Origin: Adineta vaga | Lineage: Eukaryota; Animalia; Rotifera | Direction of reading: 5' to 3' | NCBI GenBank assembly: GCA_021613535.1 | Contig: CP075496.1 | Coordinates: 7,564,001-7,628,000, forward strand | DNA length: 64,000 nt | Shown here: piece by piece, positions 1 to 13,637 of the stretch | How the letters are laid out: every line of letters begins with the position of its first letter | Position numbering within the stretch: position 1 is the first letter of the stretch | The notes under the pieces: model-generated | The model's database searches: none | Told to the model about the DNA's origin: nothing | The model's input: the letters and a program-made list of their open reading frames with translations, nothing else | Made by a program: the position numbers and the translations under genes

Positions 1-1780
1 TATCTTTTACATATTGTTCTAATTTAACATTCAAATAATCATTCGATACTGGACAACCATTCCAATAAGGTATATGACCCGAAAGAATATAAGAGAGAGT
101 AATAGCGGATGGTCCATTACCTAGAAATAATTTCATTAAATATTCAAATAACAATGTTTGTTGGAGAAAAAAACAACTATGTACATACCAATAATAACAA
201 CTTGTTTACGTTCGAAAAGATCTGGACAACATTGATCAGTAGTATGAGTGTTCATTGGATAACGGCGTTGTTTCTTTCTTGTTGCTGTTCTTATGTTATA
301 ATTTCTAGAAAATGTCTGTTTTTCTGCAAGAGCAAAGCAATAAATATCTTGATTCTGCTTTGTAAACGAGCGAAGAAAAAAAAGAGATAGACGAGAGAAT
401 GTGCCTCGTCATTCTTCGATTATATATTCTTATATTTCTCTTTTTCTCTCTCTTTTTCTTTCTCTCTCGTTACTTTGTTCCGGAATTTGAGAGAAAGGCA
501 TTTTTGTCTGTTCTCTTTCTAGACGAGACAGAACGAAAGAAAAAAAAATCTATAACAGAAGGTCGTAATCTCGTATTTTTCTTTAGCGGAAAGTACGAAA
601 AAAACAGCCGAGAAAATGAACGCAGAGTTCAGCTGTTTTGCCACCAAAATAGCGTCACCGAACGTTCTGACATAATCTCATTTGCGATAGAGTTTAAGAA
701 AAAAAAATTAATAATTATGCACATTCATCTTCCAGTTACTTCGATAAACAGGTATTCAAATCATTATGTATTAACATCATATATTTCTTTTTTTCTTCTC
801 GTTCTATTACTTCTATGATGACAGTGCAAATCGTTGACTAGCTGACTAACGGTCTCTTCACAGTCTATTTTTGTTATGAAAAAAGAAAAATGTAGATGAT
901 GATGTATAGATGTGAGAAAGAGAACAAGCAACAGGCGTGCACAATAACAATTCGAAACTAGTGAAACAATATGATATATTAACCTAGGCAATCGTATTGG
1001 AAGAAAAGAAAAGATTCTAAGAAAAACAATCTCTATCAATAAATCATCTTGCTTCATTGCTGATACTGTGTTGTCTTAGTCACACACTTGTTTTTCTTCT
1101 GATTATGACTATCTCTGACCCTTTCTGTTTCTATGTTGACTTTGTAGTAAACCTTATCTCTGTGGAAGAATGTTGTTTTCGAGGATAAAATTAGCAAAGA
1201 CAAAGTTCATTGCATATTGTAAACATATCTCCTATCAGCAAAAATCTATTCCATGTCATAAAAACAAGTAATATTTTTATACGCATTTCCATTAATGACG
1301 TTGCATATTTCTTGCAAACTACACATGTATATAATTGCTTTTGCTTTCTACGAATTAATCAATTCGCATTTGAATCGACATTAACTATGATAATAGAAAG
1401 AAAAAAAACGTACAATATCTCATTCTTATGGTAAAAACCTAATGATTGACACATTATTCTTTTCAAATGATTGGGTTGATGAAGGAGACGACATGAATAT
1501 TTCCCTCATCGTTTCCGATGCGTAACGATCAGTACGTTCGAATCTTTCGAGATATTATTTTAATAAATAAACTTACACACATATTCTCAATATACAGTTA
1601 GATATGATCAAATAGTCATATATACTATTTGACGAAAAAAAATGAAACATTCTTTACAATAGAGAAGTACAAGTATTTGTTGTGTAATCGAAGTGCACAA
1701 GAAATAAAAGGAGAAAACTTTTGAAATACTGTTGTCATTTCGATCACCGCAGCGATGGACATAGAAAACAAAGTTTTGAA

Positions 1781-4155
1781 TTAGGTTTTTTTTATTTGAT
1801 TGCAAGCCATTGCTGCAGCAAAGAGTAAATCATCATCATCATTATCATTGAGTTGAGATGGTTTTTCCACGGATGGATAGAGTTGATCAAGTTGAATAAA
1901 TACTTGATGAAGATTTATATCTGTTTGATTGGATAGTTTTTGTAAAGAATCAAATGAAAATGGTAAAGATATTTTATCATCTTCAGATGATGTGGAAGAA
2001 AATGATGAATTTGGAGAATTATCAGTCGATTTCTTTCGTATACGACGGCTTGTATTAGCTAAATATTAACGAGGAAACTTTAAAAACTTTTATTTTATTT
2101 TATTTTATTTTTACCTATTTGATTTGATTTTTGGGGCTTTCGATAATCAGGTTTAATATCAATATGAAATTGATCTCCATCGTGAATATTATATCTAAAT
2201 AATCGAAATATTAAACAAGAAAATATAGATAAACCTATCACAATTTAGTTTGATTGATCAAGGTGAATGGGTATTTGGAATAACATTTCAAATCAATAAA
2301 TGAATCATTTTTTTCGATAAAAACCTAACCTTATTCAATTACAATGATAAAATTCAATCAAGGTCATTCATAACTATTTATTCTAATCGAGTCATTATCG
2401 AACTTATTTTTCGATAAATAAGAACAAAGATATCATATGAATCAACATACGTATGTAATAATCGTTGAGGATATTTGAGTTCTTCCGGTCCGCATACGCC
2501 CATATTGAAAGCAACATCATCAACATAAAAGATTCGTAGACGATTCCATGGTATATGGAAAATTTCTTGAAGATATTTTTTAAATTGTTGTACTGTTTGT
2601 CTAACATCAATTTCTTTATCATATGTTTTATGATTATATATCAGATGTACTTGAATTAAATAGGATGCTCGAATAGTAATATCAGCTAATGGTTTGAGAT
2701 TACCATGTTTTTCAATTAATTCAAAATATCTATAGAAGAAAAAATTGAGAAGAAAGGAAAAAGAAGATATTTTTCAATTACCTTTGTGGTTTATCATCTC
2801 GTTGAGAATAATAACGAATAAATCGTCGTTCACTTGTTTCTCTTTCAATTGCAGTTATATCACTTCCATTTAATTTTGTTAAACTTTTCATATAACCAAG
2901 TAAAAGAAAAAATCGTTCATCTTTTTGATACGACTATTGAAAAGTGAAAAATTTTGTTCATTGTTATAATTCAATGGAAAGAAAAATCTACCTTGAGCAA
3001 TGGTGCAGAATAAATTCTTAATGCCTGTAAACATGGAAGTTTTGTTAAGGCAATAATATCATTCCATTCTGTTATTTGAACTTGATCAACGCTAAGTATA
3101 TGTAAATTTGGTAAACAAACTTGTATATCATCATCTGAACGAAAACTTCGTAAAGGATTATCACTAGCGATTAATGTTTCAATTGATGGAAATAAACAAC
3201 CAAGACGACAAAGTGATTTCCAATCAGTTAAATTATTATTTGAAATATAAACACGTCTAAGATGATTATGTATAAAATTATAATTTGATAATATTGTTGT
3301 ATAATTATTTGAACAGATTTGTAATTCTTCTAAACTAAATAGATGAAAGAATATAATTAAATCTCGTGAATGTTGTAAGAAGATTGGACATCTATCTATT
3401 GCGTGTTGAATAAGCTTTTTTCAACTTTCTTTTCTATTAGTATTAAGACAAATGAGTAGAGATCGGTTTTCGATTTGGTTTCAATCTCTTTTGTCCTCAC
3501 TCAGCGATAATTGTTACTATTTTGAAGATTCTCAGTTTCTTTTTCGTACTAACTTTGGTGTTTTTTTTAGTAGTTCCACAATCATTTCTAGACTAATACG
3601 ACTTCCATTTAAACAGAGTGTATTAAGATTAGGCCATTGAATTTTATCAGGTAAAATATGCAGATGAGAAGGAAATGGATTAAAGCTTAAATTGATAGTT
3701 TTAACATGTGGTAATGAAGAAAGAAGAAGTGATATCTAAATAAATAAATGAAGAAAATGATTTATTCTTTATTAATCATATGAATAAATAAACAGACTTC
3801 ATGCCAATCAGAAAAAGCATTTGATGAGATATCGACAAGTTCAACATGTAAACATGATGTTTCCACAGCATGACGATCACCCACATGTGAAATACGTTCA
3901 TCAGTTAAAACAACAGTGGATGCATTGAGTACAAGACCTGATTCTAGAAAAGAAAACAAATATCAAATCATTAGTGAATGTATTATTCGTTTTTTGTTTC
4001 ATTGAAAATATCTTACCTGTTTTCTTCGGCGATAATCCAACGAAAAAGACAATATCACATCCATTTTTTAGATCATCAAATGTTGCATCAAAATCACAAT
4101 AACGCTCATAGAGAGCATCAGAAAACGAACGACCTATTAGTTCGGTAGCAGCCAT
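1781..4155 (-). CDS. TBCEL: Tubulin-specific chaperone cofactor E-like protein (LRR + ubiquitin-like), about 8 exons
   Basis: Starts MAATELIGRSFSDALYERY; LRR exons (e.g. HVELVDISSNAFSDWHE); ends ...AAMACNQIKKT-TAA at 1781; exons are joined by GT-AG introns. Confidence 0.85.
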
Positions 4156-5301
4156 CTTAATCTATAATATATGACGGACTTTTATCTTATTGTGTTGATG
4201 TCTTCGTCCTTGTTAGTCCCCCCTTTCTTTTTCTCTTCACTTATACAACCTCGTCTATTATTCGCTTTCCAATAATAGAGCACGTAAAAACGGCAAGGTC
4301 ACCCTTTTTTCTTTTCTCATTCGCTCTTTTGAATACATTCATCATTAAATATGCTATGACATATACCATCGTCAGCTGACTTACACTACATGTGAAGAAC
4401 TGTAATCATAAAAATGATAGAAGATTTAGCACCAATACTACGATAGTAGTCGATCAATACTTACGATGGAGGAAAGAATGCTTGAGATAAGAAATGAACT
4501 CAGGTCACATATATTATTAGAACTCGAAAAAGAATTCCTGCAATTCACAAACTGAGATAGAGGCAGGAGAGAAAGAAAAATTGGTCAGTGACTCGATCAG
4601 ACTAGTCATCGCTTCTACATGCATTAGCCCTTCAACATAGACTTGCCACCCCCACCGGTTGTCCGTTCTTTTCTTTCTCTCATTCTTCTGTCACTCACTC
4701 ACTTACTCGTTCGCTCAACAAATGCATTGTGCAATCCCATTTTTTTCTTCTTTATCCTGAACATACATACATACATACATTCATGTACATACAATGTCTA
4801 CTACTTGCTTTTTAGCTACACATTTATCACAAATGGCAAATAACTAATCACACTATCAAATAATCATAGACATACAGAAAAAAAACAGAAAAAAAACTTA
4901 TTCTATTGAATGTATCATCATCATCATCATACAAAAGTGTGTCATTGACACGATTGTGTTAGACACGTCTATCTACAAATACAGACGACTTCAAGTATTT
5001 TATATGGCTATGTTTTACTCGCCAGAAAAAAAAATTTATTTTTAAATTACGAAACAATATGTATGCATATATATGTATGTAAACGAGAAAGAGAGAACGC
5101 AAAAAGCAATTGTAGTATACATAAATCGGAGAGATTTTTGACAATGAGAATCATGTAAGAAAGTTAAAGAGAAGAAAAATAAATAAGAGAGTCAAACTAT
5201 ACGCAAAAGGATTAAACCATTTTTTGATTAATTGACAAAAAAAAGGAAAAAGAGTGTATGAATGCTTGATCTGTTAGTTTATATTTTGATTTCCATCGTT
5301 T

Positions 5302-6633
5302 TTAATGATCAATTTCAAACATAATTGCACGATTACCAACCGAATACATAAATGATAAATCATTTGGTGAACGACGACGACGATCTAATAGATAGATAAG
5401 GAAAGATTAAGTAAGAGAATTTATAATATCTAGAAAAACATACTTTTCATCTCTTCAGCAGTTTTAGGAACGAGACGATATGTTTTAATATCTTTTGAAC
5501 ATGTACTTGCAACAATTGGACCATAGACAGCAACTTCATTTTCAGTTAAAGCCGGTGTTTTAACTTTCATTGTTTTGCGTAAAACTTCATTATCAGGTAA
5601 AAATGATCCTGACTAAAATGTAAACAAAACTTTATTATTCAATAAATTCTATTCAATTGTATTACCATCATAGCTAAAAGTGTTTCAATAAGATTTGATG
5701 GATCTGGTACATGTTGTCGATCAAGTGGCATAATAAAACATCTATTAACACCAAAATCACGAACAGCAGTGATATTCTAATCGAGAAAAAGATTTTGTCA
5801 ACGAAAGACATAGAAAGAAAGAAGATATTTACGTGATCGAAATCTTGAATAATACGAATGGTACTTGTAAAGCCAATTTGAGGTACTTCAATAGTTTCGG
5901 TATTTTTTTTCAAATCTACATTAACCTACAATACAAATAACTTAAACCATTCTAAGATCAAATGCTTTCTTAATTACAGATTGGTAACTCGATTGTATGA
6001 TTCGTATGTTTAATCAGAAACACTCTTTTTTTTATTAAAATATCTGTCATCGACAAGGTTGGAGAGAAAACAAGTTGTGTCATGTTTGACGGTTGTACTT
6101 ACTTCCTGTTGGAATTCTTTTGGAACGCCTGGTGTTATTTGTGCAGGTAAAAGATGATTGTTGCCATCATCAAAAGCAGTTAAACCACCATGATCGATAA
6201 ACATTCGGTTGTCCGGATCTTTATCCATAGGTTTAACCCGAAAACGACATGTACGACGCCATGTCTAGAATATATCGCATGTACAAAATTAAAAAAACGA
6301 ATTTTCAAAGGACTAATTTTTATACATGATCGGTACGATTAACAAAATCGAATAAAAACCATGTTCCAATGATCAAACATCCCAACATAAATAAAGCTGA
6401 GAGACATCCAAATAAAACCGATGCTTGTTTTCGACGAACATCTTCTATTTGTTGTACTGGAATGTCATCCTGTTCACCTTTTAATGGCTAAGATAAAACG
6501 TGAAACTAGAAATGAAATCATTCTCCTATGAAATACTTACTAAAACCGTAACAAGAACATCGCCAGTATTTGTTTCAACTAAATGTTCTTTATCGTCAGG
6601 TTTATTTGCATTGTTTAATGAAACACCCACCAT
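5302..6633 (-). CDS. ITM2B: Integral membrane protein 2 (ITM2/BRI-like), type II TM + BRICHOS, multi-exon
   Basis: Spliced translation gives MVGVSLNNANKPDDKEHLV..., a TM helix ASVLFGCLSALFMLGCLIIGTWFLF, BRICHOS segments (ETIEVPQIG..IIQDFDH..RCFIMPLD..PIVASTC..TYRL), a furin site RRRR, then a short C-peptide SPNDLSFMYSVGNRAIMFEIDH*. Confidence 0.8.
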
Positions 6634-7873
6634 CGCTTTTATATTTTGAATAAAACAGAAGAAGAAGATTATCTAAAATACAGTTCGAGTAACTAGGAGT
6701 TGTTTTTTTTTTCTATTTTGTTTTAAACGCGCAATATATTTGACGTATTGTAAATGGAAGGGAAGATTCTGGTAGAAAATAAAACTTTTTTTTTTCTACA
6801 TCTCTTAAAAAAAGAACATAAGAAAAGGGTTATGGAAGTAAAAAAATAGAAATGGCAAAATTTGAGTAAAGAAAAAAAAATAGGCAAAGAGAAGGTCGGG
6901 GCTCCATTTTAACTAAAACAAAGCTATGGAAGGATGAAGAAAAATAATAACGATACCCTTGTTTTTTCCTGTTTTGATGATGAAAGTTCAGTCGAAAATA
7001 TTTAATTTATAACTATATCCAGATTTTGTCATACTTTGCAGTCCTTATGAAAAAAGAATTGCTTATTTGGTATAGTTTTCTGTATTATCTATGTTTTTTT
7101 TTCAAATAAAAAGTGAGTTTGATCTAACCTATATCCAGATAAATCCTTGTTATGTGATGAATGAAAGAGAAATTTACAATTGAAGAAGATTATTTACTGT
7201 CAGACTGGATGAGTGCACTAATAGTGTGAAATAGAATTTTTAACAGATTCTATAAAATATAAGATATGTATATTTGTTTAAAGGTACATAGAATAATTTG
7301 TTTTGTTTCTAGAGGGCAATTTCTCACATTACCAAAAATCAATTAGTTATTTGTAGTGATATAGAATGAAAAGAACTCGAAAAAAGGTTATTATCAAGAA
7401 AAAAAACTCATTATTTTGACTAGAATTACTGTCCTGCATCACTAACATCGTTTTTTTTTATCTAAGAAGAATGTTAATAATTAAAAAAAACGAGCCTTCT
7501 CGATTATTTTTTCATTCCTCTCTTTTGCGACATTAAATAAAAATCAGTTTGAGTAAATACGTCACTAAGAAAAAACAAAATACTCAACTAGTGACGATCG
7601 TCCTGTTCCATAGATTACCCATGCTCCAAAGTAAATCAAACAAATCCTACATATGAAAATAAAAAGGAAAATCGTTGATTTTATTTAAAAATTTAAGATT
7701 CTACAACTATTATGCACATTAAATATCGTCGTAGGAATAAGAGAGGTCTAGAATCAAGTATGATGGCTACTAGTAGAACCAATGTGAAGTAAGTATCGAT
7801 AAAAAATGAAACGGATAGCATTGCGTAGTAAAATTGTAATCCATTTGTAAAAGTTAACGCAGCAATATTCAAA

Positions 7874-8702
7874 ATGGCTCAACGTATAGCACGTCTATCA
7901 CATAAAACATCTTTGCTATTACTATGTGATATGCAAGAAAAATTTCGTTCAACAATCAAATATTTTCCTCAAATTATCGAAACTTCAAATAAGTTATTAC
8001 AAACATGTAAAGTACTTGATGTTCCATATATAGTCACTGAACAATATCCTAAAGGTAGTATTTGCTGTCGTTTATATAGATTGATTATAATTCATTTAGA
8101 ATAGGTCTTGGTCGAACAGTAAAAGAACTTGAAGTTGGAGATGAAAAACCATTTGAAAAAACATTGTTTTCTATGTGTACACCCGATGTTGCTTCATATA
8201 TGAAACAAAAAAATAAAGGTATAAATTATAAACTATTCAAATCGTATCTAACTACGATTTAGAATATCCGTTCACAGAAAAAGATAAATTTTAATATTTT
8301 GATTTCTTTAGAATTCGATACAGCTATCATATGTGGTATTGAAGCACACGCGTGTGTTCTTCAAACAGCCATCGATCTTTTATCTCAAAATAAACGTGTT
8401 TATATTGTTGCTGATGCTGTTTCATCTCGTTCATTAACAGATAGGTATATCACTTTTTTCTGATTTAATCTTACGTAATTACATCATCATTTTCTTCTTC
8501 TTCTTCTTTGCTATGTAGAATGTATGCTTTTGATCATATGCGTCAAGCCGGTGCTTTTATTACTACATTCGAGTCAATTGTTTTGCAATTAACACAAGAT
8601 GCTGGCCACCCAAAATTCAAACAAATTCAACAATTTATTAAAACATCAGCAGCCGATACTGGACTTCTAGCATTCAAAAATCTTCCAAATCCATCTTCAT
8701 AA
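7874..8702 (+). CDS. ISOC2: Isochorismatase domain-containing protein (ISOC1/2 family), 4 exons
   Basis: Motifs LLLCDMQEKFR..YFPQII, TEQYPKGLG, GIEAHACVLQT, ADAVSSRS. The ISOC1 versus ISOC2 assignment is tentative. Confidence 0.88.
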
Positions 8703-8786
8703 AATATTTCTCTGTCCGATTTAGTTTTTTTATTTAGAAACACATAGATCTAATCTTTTGATTACATGATTCATTGATTTTTTTAG

Positions 8787-11648
8787 ATGACAGTTGATCT
8801 TTATATATTCGCAGCTGGAGCTGCTCTCACCGGTTTAATATTTCATGCTACAATCGGTATGAATAGCACGTTATATCTATGATAGAAATATTCTATTGAT
8901 TTTTGTTATTTTCTGAAGGCTCTCAATGGTCCATCTGGCATTTGTTCACTATTTCATTTTATATCGTGGTCTTTTTGATTTTTTCATCATTAAGTATTAT
9001 CAAACGTTTTGTAAGTTGTTTTATATTTTAAAGAAACTTCATTGTTATAAATATCTTTTTGGATTCTTCAGAAATCATCAACAAAATCCAAAACAACAAA
9101 AAAAAACATTACACAAGAAAAAAATGGAATAACGATTGCTTATGCTACTGTTAAAGGAAACAGTCGTGTAAGATTTATTAATTTGCAGAACGTTCTTTTT
9201 CGTGACATAGCTTTCTTTCTATTAACATCAGACATTTGCAGAATCAACTTATGAGAAATTATCCAAGGATTTAAATCGCCAAGTTATTCTTCAAGATTTA
9301 GCTGAGATTACTGATCCAGAAGAATTTCTTCAAACACAAGTATTTATCTTTGTATAAACGATATCATACATTGAAAACTTTCTTCTAGGCCAAAAATCAA
9401 AGAACATTATTCGTGTTTATTTCTACATATGAAGATGGAACACCACCACCAACAGCAAAATGGTTTTTCCTTCACTTACAAGAAGCAGCGACAGATTTTC
9501 GTGTATCGAAAAATGAATTAGAAAAATTAACTTATGCAGTTTTTGGATGCGGAAATTCACTTTACAATGAAAATTTTAACAAAGTTGCAAGAGAAATTGA
9601 TCGATGTTTAGCAGAAATAGGAGCAAAACGACTTTTATCTACCGAATTAGCCGATGAAAACACTGCGAAAAGTATTTATGGAGGTAACAATTGAATATCT
9701 TTTAGATAATATAATAGGATTCATTTGTATGATTAGGTCTCGAAGGACATTATTCAAAATGGTCATCTAAATTAAAAACTGCTTTTGAATCACCTAAAAC
9801 AGAACAATGTGATTGTTCTGATAATAAGTCAACTACATGTTGTCAATCAGTAACGAAAGATGATCATACAACAAAAGTTAGTAAAAATGTTAATCGAATC
9901 GTTCAAAGTATCGGCTCTTTGTCTTTTAGAAGAATGACAATAATGATAACGAACAACCAAGAATCGAAAGTGATGATGAAGATGAAGCTGGAGGATGTAA
10001 GAATGGTAATGAAGATATCATGGATTTAGAAGATATGGGAGATTATATCGAAAATTCATCTCCAACAGAAGTAAGATATGAACTGAAACAGAGTTCAAAT
10101 GAATTTTGTTTTTCTTTTATAGACACCTAAAGGACCACCTAAAGAGATGATAACTCCACTCATACGAAAATCATTAGAAAAACAAGGTTACAAATTAATT
10201 GGTAGTCATTCTGGTGTTAAATTATGTCGATGGACAAAGGTAAATAACAATTATTCTAATTTTATAAGAAATATTTAAACAAATTTTCTTATATTCATAG
10301 TCAATGTTACGAGGTCGTGGTGGATGCTATAAACATACATTCTATGGAATCGAAAGTCATCGTTGTATGGAAACAACACCAAGTCTTGCTTGTGCTAACA
10401 AATGTGTGTTCTGTTGGAGGTATATTCAATGGCATATTTACTTATAGAGTTCATCATAATTTTATTCAATATACTATAGACATCATTCAAATCCAGTTGG
10501 TACATCATGGCAATGGAAAACAGACGATGCTCAAACTGTCTGTCAAGGTGCCATAGATAATCACTGTAAAATGATCAATATCTTCAAAGGTGTACCCGGT
10601 GTATTACCTCAACGACTTGCCGAAGGTATTTGATAGATCTTTCTATTTTATTATCGTTTTCAGTAAATCACATCAACAAAGAGTCATATTGATTTATTCT
10701 AGGTATGCAAATTCGTCATTGTGCTTTATCACTTGTGGGTGAACCAATTATGTATCCACATATTAATGAATTGATTGATTTACTTCATTCTAAACATATC
10801 AGTAGTTTTCTTGTAACAAATGCACAATTTCCCAATGAAATTAAAACATTAAAACCAGTGACACAATTATATGTTAGTGTGGATGCAGCAACAAAAGAAT
10901 CGTTGAAAAAAATTGATCGTCCATTATTTCGTGATTTTTGGGAACGATTTTTAGCGTGTTTACAAGCATTAAAGGATAAAGTAAATATATACTAAAATCA
11001 ATAATTAGAAATAATTTATTGAATTTCTAGCATCAACGAACAGTGTATCGATTAACACTGGTCAAAGATTATAATACCGAAGAAATTGAACAGTATGCTA
11101 AATTAGTCGAACTTGGTGATCCAGATTTTATTGAAGTTAAAGTATGTTCAATTCATTCTTTTTTGCAATCGAAAATATAAATATATAATGGGAATATTTT
11201 AGGGTGTAACTTATTGTGGAGATTCAGGTGCAAGTAATTTAACTATGGCTAATGTTCCTTGGCATGAAGAAGTAGTTACATTTGTTCAAGCACTCTGTGA
11301 TCGTTTACCACAATATGACGTAGCATGTGAACATGAACATTCAAATTGTCTTTTACTTGCTAATACGAAAGTAAGATTTTGGTTGAAAAATCGATTTTTG
11401 TAGATATAAAAGATTGGTTTTAGTTTCGAGTTGATGGTAAATGGCATACATGGATTGATTATGAACGCTTTCATGAACTTGTTGCACGATATAAAGTAAC
11501 TGACGGTGCAGAATCATTTACTTCATTGGATTATATGGCTGTTACACCTGATTGGGCAGTTGTTGGTTCAAATGAACGTGGTTTTGATCCAAGTGATACA
11601 AGATGGCACCGAAAATCTACTGCTAAAAAAGATTTATCTGGTTGTTAA
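8787..11648 (+). CDS. TYW1: tRNA wybutosine-synthesizing radical SAM enzyme (N-terminal TM + flavodoxin + radical SAM)
   Basis: Flavodoxin [11 protein letters not shown]; [18 protein letters not shown]; radical-SAM motif CANKCVFC; [10 protein letters not shown]; EHEHSNC; ends [12 protein letters not shown]...DLSGC-TAA at 11648. Confidence 0.95.
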
Positions 11649-11777
11649 TTAACAATTACTTTTGTTTCATGTTTGTTATCGGTTTTTTTGTTTGTTTGTT
11701 TGTTTTTCGTACAATTAACAATCTCACTGTTCATGTGATTTTCAAAAGAAAAACGTTGTTTTCATTTCTTTTTCTAG

Positions 11778-13390
11778 ATGGCATCGCGTCCACGTATAGA
11801 GAAAATGTCGGCGGAAGTCGTCGATTCCAATCCTTATAGTCGATTAATGGCTTTACAACGGATGGGAATTGTACAAGATTATGAACGTATACGTCAATTT
11901 ACTGTTATGATCGTAGGAGTTGGTGGAGTAGGAAGTGTAGCAGCTGAAATGTTGACGAGATGTGGAATTGGCAAGGTACAATTGGTTTATAATAGATTTT
12001 CTTTGATAAATTTGATTGTATTCTATTTGTAGTTACTTCTCTATGATTATGATAAAGTTGAATTAGCGAATATGAACCGTCTATTTTATCAACCTCATCA
12101 AGCCGGCCTCAGTAAAGTTGAAGCTGCTGCTGATACATTAAAGTATAAAAATGCGATTTTGATGTACATTTAAAATATATGGATATATTGTAGATTTATC
12201 AATCCTGATGTAATTATCGAACCATACAATATGGATATAACGAAAATCGATAATTTCCCATTATTTATGGATAAAATTCGGTAAACTTCATTGCTTTTGA
12301 ATTTATCTATATATAGCAGGAAATTTATATAGAACGGGCAACAAAGATAATTCGGGTCATGTTGATCTTGTACTTAGTTGTGTTGACAATTTTGGTGCAA
12401 GAATGACCATTAATACTGTAAATCATATATTCGATTAGAAGTATATCAAGAATACCGAATTTGTCTATTATTTAAGGCCTGTAATGAACTCGATCAAACA
12501 TGGATGGAATCAGGTGTTAGTGAAAATGCTGTTAGTGGTCATATACAATTGATTGCTCCAGGAAGAACTGCTTGTTTTGCTGTTCGTATAAAAAAAACAC
12601 TCTTTTTATATGACAAAACAAAATCTCTAACTTTTAGTGTGCTCCACCATTGATTTTGGCTAGTAGTATTGATGAAAGTACATTAAAACGTGAAGGTGTT
12701 TGTGCTGCTAGTTTACCAACAACGATGGGTATTGTTGCTGGTTTTCTTGTTCAAAATACACTGAAGTTTGTAGTAAAAGAAAAATCTTTCGTTAAATATA
12801 ATTGACATGCTTCTATTTAGATATTTACTTAAATTTGGTCGAGTTTCTAACTATATTGGTTACAATGCACTTGATGATCATTTTATGGTAAACTTCTTTG
12901 AACTTCTTTCTTTTTGAAAGAATTCTCTTTGTAATGATTAATTATTTAGATTTTAACGTTAAGACCTAATGAAGAATGCGATGATTCCTTTTGTCGTAAA
13001 AGACAATTAGAACAACAATTAAGTCCTCCTATCATCGAAGAAAAACCTCAACTAACGAATACTGAAGTTACTCATGAATCAAACGAATGGGGTTCGTTCT
13101 CTTTGATATAACCACTGATTATTCTTAACGATAATGTATATTTAGGTATTGAACTTGTCAGTGATAGTGTTGATGTTCCAAATGAAAATAGTGTTGATCA
13201 TTCTCATATTGAATTGGCTTCATCTTCGAATGGAACTATTTCATTGGATCAAATCAAATATCAATATAATTCAAAGGTAAAATGTAATCCTCAAGTCGAT
13301 ACATCTGACAATGAAACATCGACTGCAAGTACAGCACGAGACAATGAATTATCACTTGAAGATTTGATGGCTCAAATGAAAGGAATGTAG
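11778..13390 (+). CDS. UBA5: UFM1-activating enzyme E1
   Basis: [52 protein letters not shown] (UFM1/LIR motif), C-terminal [12 protein letters not shown]. Confidence 0.96.
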
Positions 13391-13618
13391 AAAAGAAAAT
13401 AAATGAAGAAATATCTATCTAATCGTTTTTATTTATTTGTTTTATTGCTGTCATTGAAATACAGTGTTGTTATTTTACTCTTCTTTTCGTGACTCTATTT
13501 TTATTGCTAATGTTGTCATGTCTATTCGGGATTAAAAAGAAAAATCAAAGAAAAGATATTTTTTCAAAGTAATATTATAGAAGATCTATTTTATGTCTAT
13601 TGTTTATATACAGCATAT

Positions 13619-13637
13619 TATATATATATATATATAT
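13619..13637. repeat. (TA)n microsatellite
   Basis: Run of TA dinucleotides; similar runs occur near 18376-18392 and 55711-55730. Confidence 0.8.

Noticed and set aside
109-1805. Phe/Leu/Lys-rich ORFs at the window start (similar ones at 13646-15610, 20864-22894 and 55186-56481)
   Set aside because: These are translations of AT-rich low-complexity non-coding DNA (poly-T/poly-A and GAA tracts), with no domain motifs or consistent exon phase.
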